A DNA stretch of 63,791 nucleotides, filler included, from Octopus bimaculoides (lineage: Eukaryota), in assembly GCF_001194135.2 (NCBI RefSeq). It is 7 parts of 7 records of this genome, joined end to end, with 100 filler letters (N's around TTAATTAATTAA, not from the genome) between each part and the next. Parts side by side here need not be neighbours in the genome. Positions count along the whole stretch, not along the records: positions 25,132 to 31,840 come from NW_026380327.1; positions 31,941 to 50,163 come from NC_068989.1; 5 more parts are not named here. One strand, 5' to 3'. Positions 25,200-38,584 of this stretch are shown piece by piece. The position numbers and the translations under genes are program-made. The notes below the pieces were generated by a model. The model had not been told where the DNA came from, made no database searches, and saw only the letters and a list, made by a program, of their open reading frames with translations. How positions within the stretch are numbered: the stretch's first letter is position 1; every line of letters starts with the position of its first letter.

Positions 25200-28100
25200 T
25201 TTCTTCGGTTTCCTTGCCATATTTCTAAACAAATATGGCTAAACGAAATCATGACTTCCCGCCTCTACCAATGCTAGAGGCAAAGGAAGATGAAAGCAAA
25301 GCTGTTCCACATGAAAGCACACAGGCCTTAGAAGGCACGAATGCTTCTGTTACTATAACCACTGCCTCCACCACTGCTAGCACCACAACCAACACAAATA
25401 CTGATAACAATTTTGCTGCTGCATTTTTTAAAGGAAGAACTACTTGCCTGCAAAGAAATGTTTACAAAAAATGAAGTCACCATCCAATTACAGACACCTG
25501 AAAACATCACAAAAATATCTCAAAAAAAAAATCATTTACAAAATACTCAACGCGAAAACAAAAGTACATGAAACAGCCACTCAAGAAAATGTGGAAAAAT
25601 GTTTAAGGTCCATATGGGCCTTTAAAGACTACATAATGAGGGGAAACAGGTTTGCGACAATTGAAGTAAGATTCGACAGCGAAGAGCAAGCCAAGGACCT
25701 CTCCACAATGTCCTTTCAACATGAAAATCTCATCATTATCCCTACATACTTTGGTCGTAGGGTCACAAAAAGTAAAAACAAAATCTGTTCCTTCTGAAAT
25801 TGAAATAAAATGGCTTGTGTCTGCCATTGCTATGACATCGAGGGCAAAATCCATATATTGGAAATCGCTGTCCTGGACCAGCAAAACTGGATTAGTCAGG
25901 GAGTTGAAATACTTGCCCAAATCAATCCGGCAAATTTTTTTTAAATTCCCCACCGAATCCAATTGGCAGAGGATTTGAGCCTGCATGTAGCCGTCGAAGG
26001 TAGAAAGCCAAGTTGCTACATTTGCGGTTGCAAAACACATTTAAAAACCAACTGCCCACTAGCACAGAAACAACAGCAACATCGACAACAACAAGACCAC
26101 GAAAAACAACAACCACAAGAAAACCAAAAACCAAGCAGAAGCCCAGCACTACTACCCACAAAGCCATATGCACAACTAATTAAGCGGCTCTACAAACAAA
26201 TGAAGGAACATCAGCAACCAACAAGCCAGCCAAACCAAACAACGCCACCAGCACCACCAAGAACAGAACCAACACCATCATCGCCACCACCAACAACAAA
26301 ATTGACACACTCAGAAATAGACCCCAATACCCTTCCCTCCCACCCTCTGATTCCTCTGACATGTCGTCAAATGAAGATGATACAGAGGATTGGCAAGTGG
26401 CCACAGGGGGAAGAAAAAGAATAGAGAAGCAGACAAACAAAGCCGGGAGATTTATCACTCCTGAAACCAAAACACTTGCAGAAAACAAAAGCATCAACAC
26501 AAACACACTNNNNNNNNNNAAAAAAAAACAATGCTGACAGCAATATCCAGACCTAATAGAATACATTAGGTCAAACACCAACATAACAGAAAATGATACC
26601 AAAACAAAGAATCACCCATGCACAACACCACCACAACACATTAAAATCATACACATAACAGAACTCACACAGCACACTGAAATCTCTCTACCTGGATGCA
26701 GTAGGGAGATTCCAAAAATACCTCTCTAAAAACTATACAAAAACCTTCTGGAAGAAGACTGTGAGGTGAAGGACGAACAACTTTCAGGCAGTAAGTAGCT
26801 CTCTCTCTCTCTCTCTCTCTCATCTCCCTTTCGTGTGTGAAACATAACCTTCGATAGGAGCATGCTCAAAATAGGCAGTATAAATGTACGTGGCTTGGGG
26901 TTGCCTTGGAAACAAGGCTACCTGTTAAACAACATCAAGTCACAAAATCTGCATATCATAGCCATCAGCGAGACCACACTCCACAGCCCGCGGGCCCTCC
27001 AGCACATGTTCAGCAGACATTTCGACATTTATTTTTCTCCATGTCTGCTGAGAATGGGCGGAGGAGGCACCACGATGCTTAGGTCAAAGTAAGACCTCAA
27101 AGTAAGAGCAATTTTCCTAAACCCAGAGGATAGGCTGGTCATCTTGGATGTCAATGGCAGCAATGGGTGTGCTTTTCGACTGATAACAACAGTTTATGCA
27201 CCATCCTTAACAGGCCGGCCAGATTTCTTTCGATGTTTAGAGGTCTTCCTGGGAACGTCTTGACCTTTACTCTTAGTGGGGGATTGGAATGCTACCCTGG
27301 ACATGCATCTACACTACGTGGGCAGAGATAGTAATGGGAGGGGATGCAAATACCTCAAAGACCTGAATGTGCCAATGTGGACATGGAGCAACCGCATCGG
27401 GGTGTCCAGATTGTATTTAGATAAGGTATTCTATAGGACAGTGGATAAGGATAGTGTTGGTTGTCCATAATTCCACATAGTCAGCTACACAGGCCACAAA
27501 TTTGTGACTTGTACACTTGACTTAGATAAGACACATAGGCAGGGTCCTGGTTACTGGAAGCTGAATGCGTTGTTCATGGCACGCCAGGCTTACAGGGACC
27601 GGATTAAGAGAAAATTGACAGGTGCCATCATCAACAACAGAGGGTGGTATGCCCTAAAGAAAGCAATTAAAGCAGAATTGGTTAGGTACAGTAAGGCCCT
27701 AACATTAGACCGAAATAGAATAGAGTTAAGAAATTAGAAAAGCTTTCAATAAGGTAGACCATCACTACTTGGAAGCTGTCCTTAGAGCGGCTGCTTTTGG
27801 TCCCATCTTCCGTGGTTAGATCGCTGCCTTATACAGTGGCATCCACTCGTTAGTTCGCGTAAATGGCCATCTATCTAGACCTTTTAACCTCATGCTTTTG
27901 ATTCGCAGAAACTGGTAACGCTGAGGGGCATCCCACGAGAGCTCGGATGTGGGAGGAGCGTCTCTGCATATGCAGATGACGTCACCGTCATAGTGTCAAG
28001 CCACAAGCACATCAACCTGGTCAGCGAGACACTAAAAGAATATGAAGCGGTAATGGGAACAAAAATTAACCAGGAAAAAGTCAGTGGGCTTGCGGCTCAG

Positions 28101-29767
28101 CACCTGGAGAAGCAAACCCATGCCGTCCAACAGCATCTCTATCATGGGATGCTGGACCGACGGACCAGTTAAATTGCTCAGAGTCTGGTTCAGTCTGGAC
28201 CTCGAAATGGGGAAGAACTGTACCTAACCGATTCTGCTTTAATTGCTTTCTTTAGGGCATACCACCATCTGTTGGTGATGATGGCACCTGTCAATGCTCT
28301 CTTAACTAATGGGCTAATCCGGACCCTGTAAGCCTGGCGTACCATGAACACGACTAGGGTGGCCACTCTCACCCAGCAATGGGCCGAGAGGAAGCTATCC
28401 CTAAAAGGTCGAGCGGAGGTGACGAAGGCATACATCGCATCCATTATTGATTACCGTCTGAATGTCGTGCCTTGTCTTGACTCTACCATCACTAAACTGG
28501 AATGCATACTCTTCCGCTTCTTGTGGAAGGGAAGCGTTCCAATGGTTAGGCGATCCATCTGCTATCAACCCCTGCAAAATGGAGGACTAGGCATGCCGTG
28601 GCTGATGATGCACAGACATGCGCCGAGACTGTGACATCTCCAGCGCTTCATAGATGACAGTGAACAGGTGTGGTCAATATTTGTGTGGCGCACTTTCCCG
28701 CACTTCATCTCCTTGGCTGAACTGCAGTTGTGGACCAAACAGAGACAGAGGCTAGGCGAATGGCACCACGAGTGTCGCATTGCTCTCAAGCATCTCTGCC
28801 GTCCGGGACCAAACTTGTGCGACTTCATTATGACAAAGGTGTTCTATAGAGGATTAGTGGAGGGGAGGTGCGACGACGTTCTCGGGCAGAATCTGGGCGT
28901 CAACAAGGAACACCTGACCCGCCTGTACAGGACAACTTTCGGGCCGGGATCTATGGACAATCACCAAAGATCCCTGGCCTGGCAGTGCTATCAAGAAGCA
29001 TTACCTGTTCAGGATAAGCTCTACAGGTACGGTTTGAGACACACCGGACCGACTTGCCCGAGATGCAATCAGAGCGATGAAACCATTCTGCACGCACTTG
29101 TGCAGTGTCCAACCATTTCAGACCTGTGGGCTTATGCTGAATGGCTGCTGTGACGTGTGGGACGAGTCCGCCTGTCAGCCGAGTCTGTCCTGTGTATTGC
29201 TCTGCCACTTTCCTTCAACCAGGAATCCAAGGCAGTCTTCATCATACTGGTGGCCATAGTGAAAGAATGTGTGTGGTGGTCTCGAGCGAAAGGATTAGAG
29301 ACAAACACTTACCGCTCTGGCCAATCGCTCATCAACTTTTTCAAGTACCACTTGAAAAGGAAGGTGAGAATGGAGAGGCAGGTTTTGTCTTGTGAAAGTT
29401 TAAAAAAGGTAGGTGAATGTAGCAAAGATGGTGTGTGTGAGTGATGAAACCACTTTGAGCATTATCCTGTAAATTGAAAAAAGAGACAGAGAGAAAGCAC
29501 TTTGCTCTCATGTGTTTATTCCTTCCCTGCCTGAGGTTGCCGTGGTCTTTTCCGTAGGCTTTTCTTTCCACGGATAAACCTAGTCTTCCTTTTTACATTT
29601 TTAAAACTCTTCTGATCATTTTCTTTTTTTTTTTTCTTTCCTGATCCCTTTCAATCAGAATTTTTTTATTTTTTTATTTTCCCCTCTTTTTTCTCATTTT
29701 TGAAAAGAAAAGCTCTACATTTGTATTTGTCCCCTCTGTGTTCAGCCCTGTGTGGCCAATAAAGAAA

Positions 29768-29770
<3 letters not shown>
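25200..29770 (+). mobile_element. Near full-length but decayed Tx1/L1-clade LINE (ORF1 with CCHC knuckle; ORF2 APE-RT-C-terminal Zn finger)
   Basis: ORF1 CYICGCKTHLKTNC. ORF2 MLKIGSINVRGLG, GDWNATLD, KAFNKVDHHYL, YADDV, NGGLGMP, CPRCNQSDETILHALVQC. 3' end aataaagaaag then (TA)n. Many frameshifts, and part of RT is missing. Confidence 0.9.
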
Positions 29771-29799
<29 letters not shown>

Positions 29800-29811
<12 letters not shown>

Positions 29812-31215
29812 TGTGGAGAATGGAGAAACAAAAACAAGAAGAAGCAAGTCAATTGGGCTAGTTAGCCATTGATTTAATTATGTGGAGATTATATAATGAG
29901 TCATTTACGATCGTTTTGATGTGCCAAATGGTTTGGCAGATCTCTTCAGAATGTTGAGAAGTATGTTAAAAATCATGGTGTGAGACATGCAGGAGAAACA
30001 GTTAGTGGATATAGTGATGCATATAGTGGTATAAGAATAGAGTTAGGTAAAGTTAGTCTTACATTTTAGTTGAAGTTGTGTGAATAGTCTTTCTGCAAAG
30101 GAGAGGTAGGGTGGGTGCTGTTCAAGCTCGTAGTTCCAATCTTGATCAAACGCATTTCGCACGTGGTTGTTTTTAGAATTCAGGCATGTGTCTTTTACTT
30201 TTAGCACCGGCGGTGTTAGTAAAGGGGAGTAACTCTAAGTTTTGGTGAAGAGGGAGCTAACTCTGACCTTATTGATATTTAATTATAATTAATTATACTT
30301 AGAAAAGGAAAACTCTTTTTTACATATTTAATTATACTTAGAAAGTGGAATGTATTACATGTTTAATTATACTTAGAAAATGAATATTTTGTAGTGTGTA
30401 AACAAATTCGGTTATTTTCATATCGTTTGTTTAAGAGATGCTTTCTAGCCATTAGGATTTTGAGGCGTTCAGTTAGACAGAGGTCACAGCGTCTGTTAGT
30501 TGGGTTATAAGAATTTGCTGCTTTTAGTATATGCCACTTTAGTTTATATTCTATCTTATTGTCCTTTAATTCCCAGATATAGCTACTAAGTCCTGTTGAA
30601 TTTGCCTTTTTTCTATTTCTAAAGCTAGATTGGTGCTCATTGTATCTGAGGCGTATTTGGTTTTTCGTAGCGCCAATGTAAGATCTAATATGGCCGTTTG
30701 TGTGTACGTCGCATTGGTAAACTACATTTTTCATATCTCTACAGCTACATAGATTATAAGGGGTGTCTATGTCTGTGTGTTCTTGTGTGACCCTGTTGTT
30801 TTTTTGGTGTGTGTCTCTCCTAACAAGGTGTGTTGGGGTTAGTTCTATTAGTTGGACGGTTGTTAGTTTGGTTGTTTGTGGTCTTTCTAGCTGTATAGAA
30901 TGCGTCTAATTTATTATTATTAATAGATGCTATGATGGTAGCTAAGTTGCATGTCAAGCTGTGGCCTATTCTGATTTTGTTCTTAAATATTGCTGCGTAT
31001 TTATTATTTACATTTAGATGTTTATCTATTATGTTCATTAATGAATGGACTATGTTAGATTTGAGATTCATGTTGTAGGGAATAATTAGTTAGATCGTAT
31101 CCTTATTATTCTTATTGTATAGAACCTGCCATCATAGCTGGGAAGGCTAGTGAATTTGTCTTTATGGCTATCTAATTTATTTCTATAGTTAGGTTTATTT
31201 TTAATATGTGTCATG
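29800..31215 (-). mobile_element. Penelope-like element 3' part (RT thumb/linker and GIY-YIG endonuclease)
   Basis: ORF 30363-30734 has VVYQC...SYIGAT...RYNEH...STGLSSYIWELK...CDLCLTE. ORF 30820-31071 has NIVHSLMNIIDKHL...NLATII. Both are typical of PLEs. Confidence 0.9.
29902..29953 (-). ncRNA. Minimal type I hammerhead ribozyme relic in Penelope 3' region
   Basis: catt CTGAAGA gatctgccaaa-cca-tttggcacatc AAAA C GATC G TA aatg. Stem I catt/aatg, CUGANGA box, long stem II, palindromic stem III ACGATCGT and GUA cleavage triplet. GAAA core reads AAAA. Confidence 0.65.
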
Positions 31216-31840
31216 AATAATAGACTGGAGAACCTTTGAATTGGCAGCAAATCGGCGAAGATTAAAGAGGCGGCCAGAAGATCGATATCTGACATATATT
31301 CTCAGAGAGCTAACCTTAGCAAAAGCATGAGTAAAAGCAGCAGCAAAGTACAAAGAAAAGAGAGTTGGAGCAAGGATGTCACGCTGCTTGACACCATTCT
31401 CTACAGGAATGGGTCCCGCCATGCCACCACCAACATTGACCCAAGCCTCCATCCCATCATGAAATGATTTAATTATAGATACAAAGTGATCCGGACATAC
31501 ATTTTTGCCAAGTATTTTCCATAGAAAGGCCCTATTTACAGTATCAAAGGCCTTTGTGAAATCAATGAATACCTGGACAAGATCCATATTCTGCTCATAG
31601 CACTTCTCCTGCATCTGTCTTGCTGTGAAAATCATATCCATTGTCCCTCTACCAGATTGGAAGCCACATTAAGATTCAGATAGGACATCATTTATGAGAC
31701 ACCCATTCAGACGGGTAAGAAGAATATTTGCCAAAAACCTTACCAGCAGCTAATAGTAGAGCAATACCTCTGTAGTTACCACACATCGTCCTGGCTCCTT
31801 TTCCTTTATATAGAGGAAGAATAATTGCATCCTTCCAGTC
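31215..31840 (-). mobile_element. RTE-clade LINE RT fragment
   Basis: DMIFTARQMQEKCYEQN...FIDFTKAFDTVNR...NGVKQRDILAPTLFSLYF...YRSSGRLFNLRR. Confidence 0.88.
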
Positions 31841-31940
31841 NNNNNNNNNNNNNNNNNNNNNNNNNNNNNNNNNNNNNNNNNNNNTTAATTAATTAANNNN
31901 NNNNNNNNNNNNNNNNNNNNNNNNNNNNNNNNNNNNNNNN

Positions 31941-32080
31941 CTCCTTTTTCCCTTCCTACGATCCCTTTTGATCGACACCACCAATTTTTTTTTTTTTTCC
32001 TTCCTTCCCCCTCCCAAAAAGAAAAGCTCTACATTGTATTTGTCCCATCTTCGTTGAGCCCTGTGTGGCTAATAAAAGAA
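31941..32080 (+). mobile_element. 3' UTR end of a second Tx1-like copy, followed by (CTAC/CTAT)n
   Basis: aaagaaaagctctacattgtatttgtccc...gccctgtgtggctaataaaagaaa matches 29705-29765. Confidence 0.8.
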
Positions 32081-32534
32081 ATGTATCTACCTACCTACCT
32101 GTCTATCTACCTACCTACCTACCTGTCTACCTACCTACCTGTCTACCTACCTACCTACCTGTCTATCTACCTACCTACCTACCTACCTGTCTACCTACCT
32201 ACCTTCCTGTCTACCTGTCTACCTACCTCTCTATCTACCTACCTACCTGTCTATCTACCTACCTACCTGTCTACCTCTCTATCTATTTATCTACCTCTCT
32301 ATTTATCTACATCTCTATCTATCTATCTATCTACCTACCTCTGTCTATCTACCTACCTCTGTCTATCTATCTACATCTGTTTATCTATCTACCTCTGTCT
32401 ATTTCTCCTCTCTGTCTATCTACCTCTCTACCTACCTACCAACCTATCTGTCTAACTATTTATCAATCTCTCTTTATCTGTCTCTTTGTTTCTTTATCTG
32501 TCTTTGTCTCTCTCCTCCCTCCCTCCCTCCCTCC
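32081..32534. repeat. Compound (CTAC/CTAT/CTGT)n microsatellite; many other (CA)n, (TA)n, (TAA)n, (GA)n and (CATA)n tracts border most N gaps
   Basis: Directly visible. These tracts generate most ORF-track entries ([16 protein letters not shown]). Confidence 0.95.
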
Positions 32535-33506
32535 NNNNNNNNNNNNNNNNNNNNNNNNNNNNNNNNNNNNNNNNNNNNNNNNNNNNNNNNNNNNNNNNNN
32601 NNNNNNNNNNNNNNNNNNNNNNNNTATATATATGTACATATATACACACACGCAAGCTATCGTACACGAACTTAAAATAGCAAAAGGCCATTTTAGACCG
32701 TCAGTGTAGGGTGTCTTATCCCCGTTAATTTATGGAGATAAACGGGGATTACCTCTCCGAACCGTGAAATGGGGATGTAATCTTTCAGGCTGTTGACCTT
32801 CTACAGCATGTTATTACTTTGAAATACGCTCACGTTGATGCCTGGCGGAGCGAGCGAAATCCTCCTTCGAGTGTGTAATCCTATCTTTATCTCCCCTAAC
32901 CAAATACACATACATACACACACGCATTCAGACATACACCAGACAGACGCACCAGCATTAGTGCTTGAGTGAAAGTGCGTGCGTGCACCTACACACATAC
33001 ACACACGCGCATATGTATATATACACGCGTATTTGAATATACAAACGTGTATTCATACATACACAAAAATATAAATGTATGTATGTGTAATCAAATTATG
33101 TACGCTAATGTTTCGATAGCTATCGAACTTTTTGATTATCTCTTTCCGTTTTATGTTTGCAATTACACAGACGCACACACGCACAGACACGCACACACGC
33201 ACAGACACGCACACACGCACAGACACGCACACACACATCGAGAGAGGCATACACACCTTTTCACAGACACACTTGTTCTTGTTCATATGTAGTTCTCTGT
33301 GTGTGTGTGTGTGTGTGTGTATGTGTGTGTGTGTGCGACAGTGTATTTTTTTAATCCTTTTCTTGTTTCCAACATTCTATTACGGCCATGCTGTGGCACT
33401 GCCTTGAAAGGTTTTAGTCAAACAAATCGATCCCAGGACTTATTCTGTTATGCTTGCTATCTATTTTGTCATATGTCGAACCAAGACACTCGAATGTGTG
33501 CGCGCG

Positions 33507-33555
<49 letters not shown>

Positions 33556-34129
33556 GGATGTATATACACAACAGGATTTCACAGTGTTTCTTCTCTGCAA
33601 CTGGTCGATCCGGAGTTGTAGCAGAAAACATGCGTCATGAAAAACAACATCCACTTTCATTTGTTTATCAATAGATAATATTTTCGCGTCTCAGTTTTGC
33701 AGCCTTCCTCTTTCTTCTGGTAATAGATCACGCCAGGCCATCGTTACTGGTTCATTTTCATAGATTTGCTAAAAAGAAAGAGGACAAAAAAACAAAAAAC
33801 AAAAAAAAAACATTTTCAGTATCACTCAGATCTACAAAATATCAAATCTGTTAATGAAAGGCATTATTACAATGATAGTACTCGTTTTTTCAAAATGCGA
33901 TCCGGCAGCAAACATTTCAGAAAAACGAAAAGGCACCCACTCATTGATGATAAAAGATGTCAGCTATATCCTATATCCGATAATGGATTTGGTGCCTCTT
34001 TCAATAACGATGACATAATACAGAGGCAAACATTTAAAACCCTGATTGGTAATATTTCTCTCTTACTAACTCTACTCATTGTAGACAACGTATATCTCAT
34101 TTATTTATATCTTTAAAGTCTATCAACCA

Positions 34130-35130
34130 TCTCGGTCGCTCGATCTCAGTAGCTGCCATCTTTATCAGCATCACCAGGTGCCACACAGTGTGCTTCTCTC
34201 TACCTTGACAAATTCCTGCCCTATCAAGTACCATGTGATGCGTCTTAATATTGTCCACCAACGCAATTCACCTTGCTTTCAGTCTCCCTTTCACTCTCCT
34301 GACTCATTTATCAATTTCCTCACATCTCATTGCTATAACCTCGATGCATGACAGATTTAATGACTCCTAATGTATTCCTCAACTTCAGCATATTTCTGAT
34401 TGTATTTACACTAAACTATACTCTGCTTCCTTCCGTTCATCTGCCTGCCTAACTGTCAGTTTGTCTGTATCTCTAGCTCTCTCTTTCTCTCTATCTCTCT
34501 CTCTCTCTCTTTCAGTTCCTTCACTCTATCGACTATGGACAAATATTTTAGATACACTTTCCAAATCCTCATATCCCTTCCCACTCAACACTGAATATAT
34601 TGTTCAGTTTTCTCCTACCATTGACCAATCAGATTTGTATTTCAGTTGATACTCAAAATATTTCTTCCTTTGAGAAACAGCTTTGCTCTTCTGAAACCTT
34701 TCAAAAGAGCCAAAAGCCTGAGCAACATCTTGTTTAGAAGCTCCTTTCACTCCATAACAACATCCCAGTGTTTTCCAAGGATGCTCCCGTTCCAGATATC
34801 TATTCTTCTGTTACTAATCTTGCCCTCACAAGCAAGTCAAACTCAGTCTCAACAACAAATCACTTTGACTGTTTCTCCAACAACTTTATCTACTTTAGCT
34901 CCTGTAAAATCTAACAGCTTTTTCATACCAAAGTGAAGCTGGCCGCATGTTATACAAATGCTTAAGCAGAGATCAGCCTCACGAGCAGGATTTACGAAAG
35001 CATTTGGTTGACATTTCAACAGATAACTGAACTCACACTATGTGGGGAGACCTTCCACCAACGTTCCTCCTGCATTCAGAAACGCAAGGAATAATCCCTT
35101 TTTGTAACCTAAGAAACCATCAGACCGCAG
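34130..35130 (+). mobile_element. Highly decayed Penelope-like element (second family)
   Basis: FKRAKSLSNILFRS resembles FRRPKNLRDILVRS. HFDCFSNNFIYFSSC resembles FTCxSxNVIYxIxC, the motif preceding GIY-YIG. Confidence 0.55.
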
Positions 35131-36414
35131 ATATGAATTCGTTTTGCCTGATCGTCAAGCTAATATTGATGACTTTAACAAATTTTCACATCGATAAACC
35201 CTACATTAGTTGTCGTGCTAGATAATTGTGCACGAAAGCGTTAAGTATTAAGTCAGGGATCCATCAACTGACCTTTGTCATTCTTTGACCTCAGTCCTCA
35301 CTTCCACAATAACATGTAGTGTAATTTATCTTTAATGTTCCCATTTCTCCAGGTATTTCCTGCGTTAATTTTACCCTGTGCTAATTGTTCCGCCTTAATT
35401 TTTCAACCTTGACTAATTTTCTAACATTATCGCCTACCTCAGCCATGCTGCAGTTTTCACCACTGCACCTCAAAATTAATTACTCGTGTATAGCTACAGC
35501 ACAATAACATCAATAATGCAACAATAACAAACAATTATTCCTCTCCATATTCCAGCACTTTCACTACTTTATATATAAAATTACTTTTGTATTAATTACT
35601 AACTCATCTGTTGAAATAGCCGGCCGATTTCTTAGATTTCTCAAATTCCTCGCAGTATATATGCTTATTCTAATTCGTGTGCCATTTGTAGATGATATTT
35701 CTCAACAAATGTCACAAAATGTCTTCACTCTATTCTCCGGTTTTCCTTCCAAATAGAGTCGTCCCTTTAGCAGCAAATAGTCACGTGAACAGAACAGCTT
35801 TAGACATAAGAGAAACTGAGATCATCACTGAAATGTTGTTTGTTATTTCTGTAGAATTGGATTTTAATATCCTAATGAACACGGGTTTTGTCAATCATTT
35901 TATTTCCTTGCTTCAAATCATTGGACTTTGGCCCGGATGGTTCACAGCCTCACGGGTTTGTCGGTCAGTTTGGCACCAACACTTCATGTTTGCTGCTTAT
36001 TCTGTCAGATTATATTTCAGAACTGTTAAACTTCGGGGAGGTATAAAAGAACTGGACATGCCACACACACACACGGTTAATCCCACCTCATATATATATA
36101 TGTATACTTATCAGTTAAAATTATTATTATATTCGGATATAAACCTCGTTGCATGCTGTGTTAAGCACGTTCACAGTTATTGGCTACCTGATGTCAACGT
36201 CAGTAGTGATTCATATGCAACTGGATTTACTTAGCCAGGAATTTCTGAAATGAATCCAGTTTTATATAAATGCCAATAATTTATAAATAAAACATGGACT
36301 ACGTTTAGAAGATGCAAGAAAATTTGTAGTTCGCCTGTTTGTTATGATATGTATTCTAGTTGGTGCACAGAGAAATTTAATGTGATTTTCAGAGACTCCA
36401 GGCTGATACCCGAC

Positions 36415-36705
36415 TTAGAATTTAGCCGTCCTGAAAACATTGTCGTGGAGCAGGGAGATGCTTAGAGGGCGGCATCTGTAGAGACAGTGCGCAAATATCG
36501 GCCGCTCATACAATTTCTGTTGCAGGAGTTTGATTGGACAGTAGAGGTACACGGACTCCTTTTTCATTGCGATACCATCGAGAGTCGGCGGAGGACTATC
36601 ATTGACTAGATAGTACTTGCCCCAGCCGCGGACGAAGAACGTCGCACACTTACCGATGTTGAGTCCCACTCCGAATGTGCGATAGAACTCCAGGTATCTA
36701 TCCAC
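36415..36705 (-). mobile_element. RT C-terminal fragment of an R2/NeSL-like non-LTR element
   Basis: GVGLNIGKCATFFVRG...PPPTLDGIAM resembles GLxLNxxKC followed by PxxxLxG. Confidence 0.5.
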
Positions 36706-37059
36706 AAGTCTGTGACTAGTTGATCCATTTCAAATACAAGTACGGTTCATCCAACAAACTGCCAAATTTTCTATCTACCAATTATCATTTTGGCAAGCTA
36801 ATAAATGCAGAATGATGCACTTGATGTGACGCAATGAGATCTTATCTGGGAATCCATTATTAAGAAACGAATACCCCTGTTCGCTCAGTCTTTCGTGCTT
36901 TCATATCTTCAGTGTTGTCCCAGTAGTTCAGGTGACTTCTCTCTCAGAAGTAACTTATATCATCAACACTGTGTCATGCAATTTAACAGAAATTAGGGAC
37001 AAATAATGTTCATCTATTATTTTTATGGAACCTAAGCTAAACCTTAACAGGCTTACGTG

Positions 37060-37310
37060 CACATTCGCTCTTCCACAAGATTAGTAATTTAGGGGGAAAA
37101 CAATATATCCAGACTATGAATTCATATTCATACCAATAAAAATTGGAGCAGTTGGCTTTGTTAGTAAATGCTTAAGGAGAATCTGGATAAGCTGGGAGTT
37201 TCAGAAAGAGAAATCGACCGGCAAATTCGTACATTACAAGTGTAATCTGTGAGTGGAACAGTAAAAATATGCAAGACATTTTTCAAGTTCCAAATGCGAA
37301 TTTTCTGACT
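37060..37310 (+). mobile_element. 3' end of an RLE-type (R4/Dong/CRE-like) non-LTR retrotransposon
   Basis: YPDYEFIFIPIKIGAVGFVS...ENLDKLGV...IRTLQV*SVSGTVKICKTFF resembles PIVIGALG...IQKxxxLGTxxIxR. Confidence 0.65.
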
Positions 37311-38025
37311 ACATCCCAAAAATGAAGCTTTGTATCTCTGTTGGAAACTGGGTCCCTCCTCAGTGGAAGATTTATAATAATTAAAAGCTAGAGACGTATA
37401 TATATANNNNNNNNNNNNNNNNNNNNNNNNNNNNNNNNNNNNNNNNNNNNNNNNNNNNNNNNNNNNNNNNNNNNNNNNNNNNNNNNNNNNNNNNNNNNNN
37501 NNNNNNNNNNNNNNNNNNNNNNNNNNNNNNNNNNNNNNNNNNNNNNNNNNNNNNNNNNNNNNNNNNNNNNNNNNNNNNNNNNNNNNNNNNNNNNNNNNNN
37601 NNNNNNNNNNNNNNNNNNNNCATATTCAAAAGAGACAGACTTCAAATTCGATATATCGATTTATTCACCACTCTAACATTTCTGTGCCAAACTTATCCAG
37701 TGACTGGTCCATGGATTTAGACGTTTGGCACTTCTTCAGGAGTGGTTACCTTTCGAACAAAACACGAAAAAACACATACATAACTATTATTAGGTCTTTA
37801 GCTTTCGTCTTTGTTATTATAGGGGAGATAACTCCTTAATTTTCTATTTTTATTGCTCTCCTGTGGATTTCCACTAGATTAATTAATTATTTTGTTTATT
37901 TCTCTTTACTATACTATATTACCCGTATACATATGCATACATACACTTTACCCGTATACCTATCCATATATACATACACACACACATATACATATGCATA
38001 CACATATACGTACACACACACATGC

Positions 38026-38068
<43 letters not shown>

Positions 38069-38140
38069 CATATACACACATACATACAAATACAACACAC
38101 ATACATATATACATACACATGCACACACACATACATATAC

Positions 38141-38184
<44 letters not shown>

Positions 38185-38584
38185 GCACACGCACCCACAC
38201 GCACACACACACACACATATATATATATACACATACATACATACACGCATACTTGCGCGCGCGCACACACGTTCTCATGCACATACACACACGCACACAT
38301 GTCTTGCAATTAGAAAATAAAGAAACATACAAATGAAAAATACAATAAAAACAAATTGAAGGACTAAATTTTCCTAAACAAATGTTAATCATATAAAATT
38401 CATTACCATATTGCAATCATTGGAATTGTCTGTAGTCTTTTCAATCGAAATTGCCTTTGTGTCATAATTTGAAATTGATATTAATGAGAGGTTACCGAGT
38501 TATAGACTTTCAAAAATTCTATTCTCGACGAAATTTCGATCCTACTTCGTAACCTTGTAAACTTATGCAAAAGTCATACATATC

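Noticed and set aside
26790-26860. gtaagt...pyrimidine tract...ag between Tx1 ORF1 and ORF2 suggesting an ORF1-ORF2 fusion intron
   Set aside because: Both available AGs give an out-of-frame join, and the second subfamily has no AG before its ORF2 ATG.
35692-36234. 180-aa plus-strand ORF
   Set aside because: No recognisable domain, random-like composition and no convincing splice sites.
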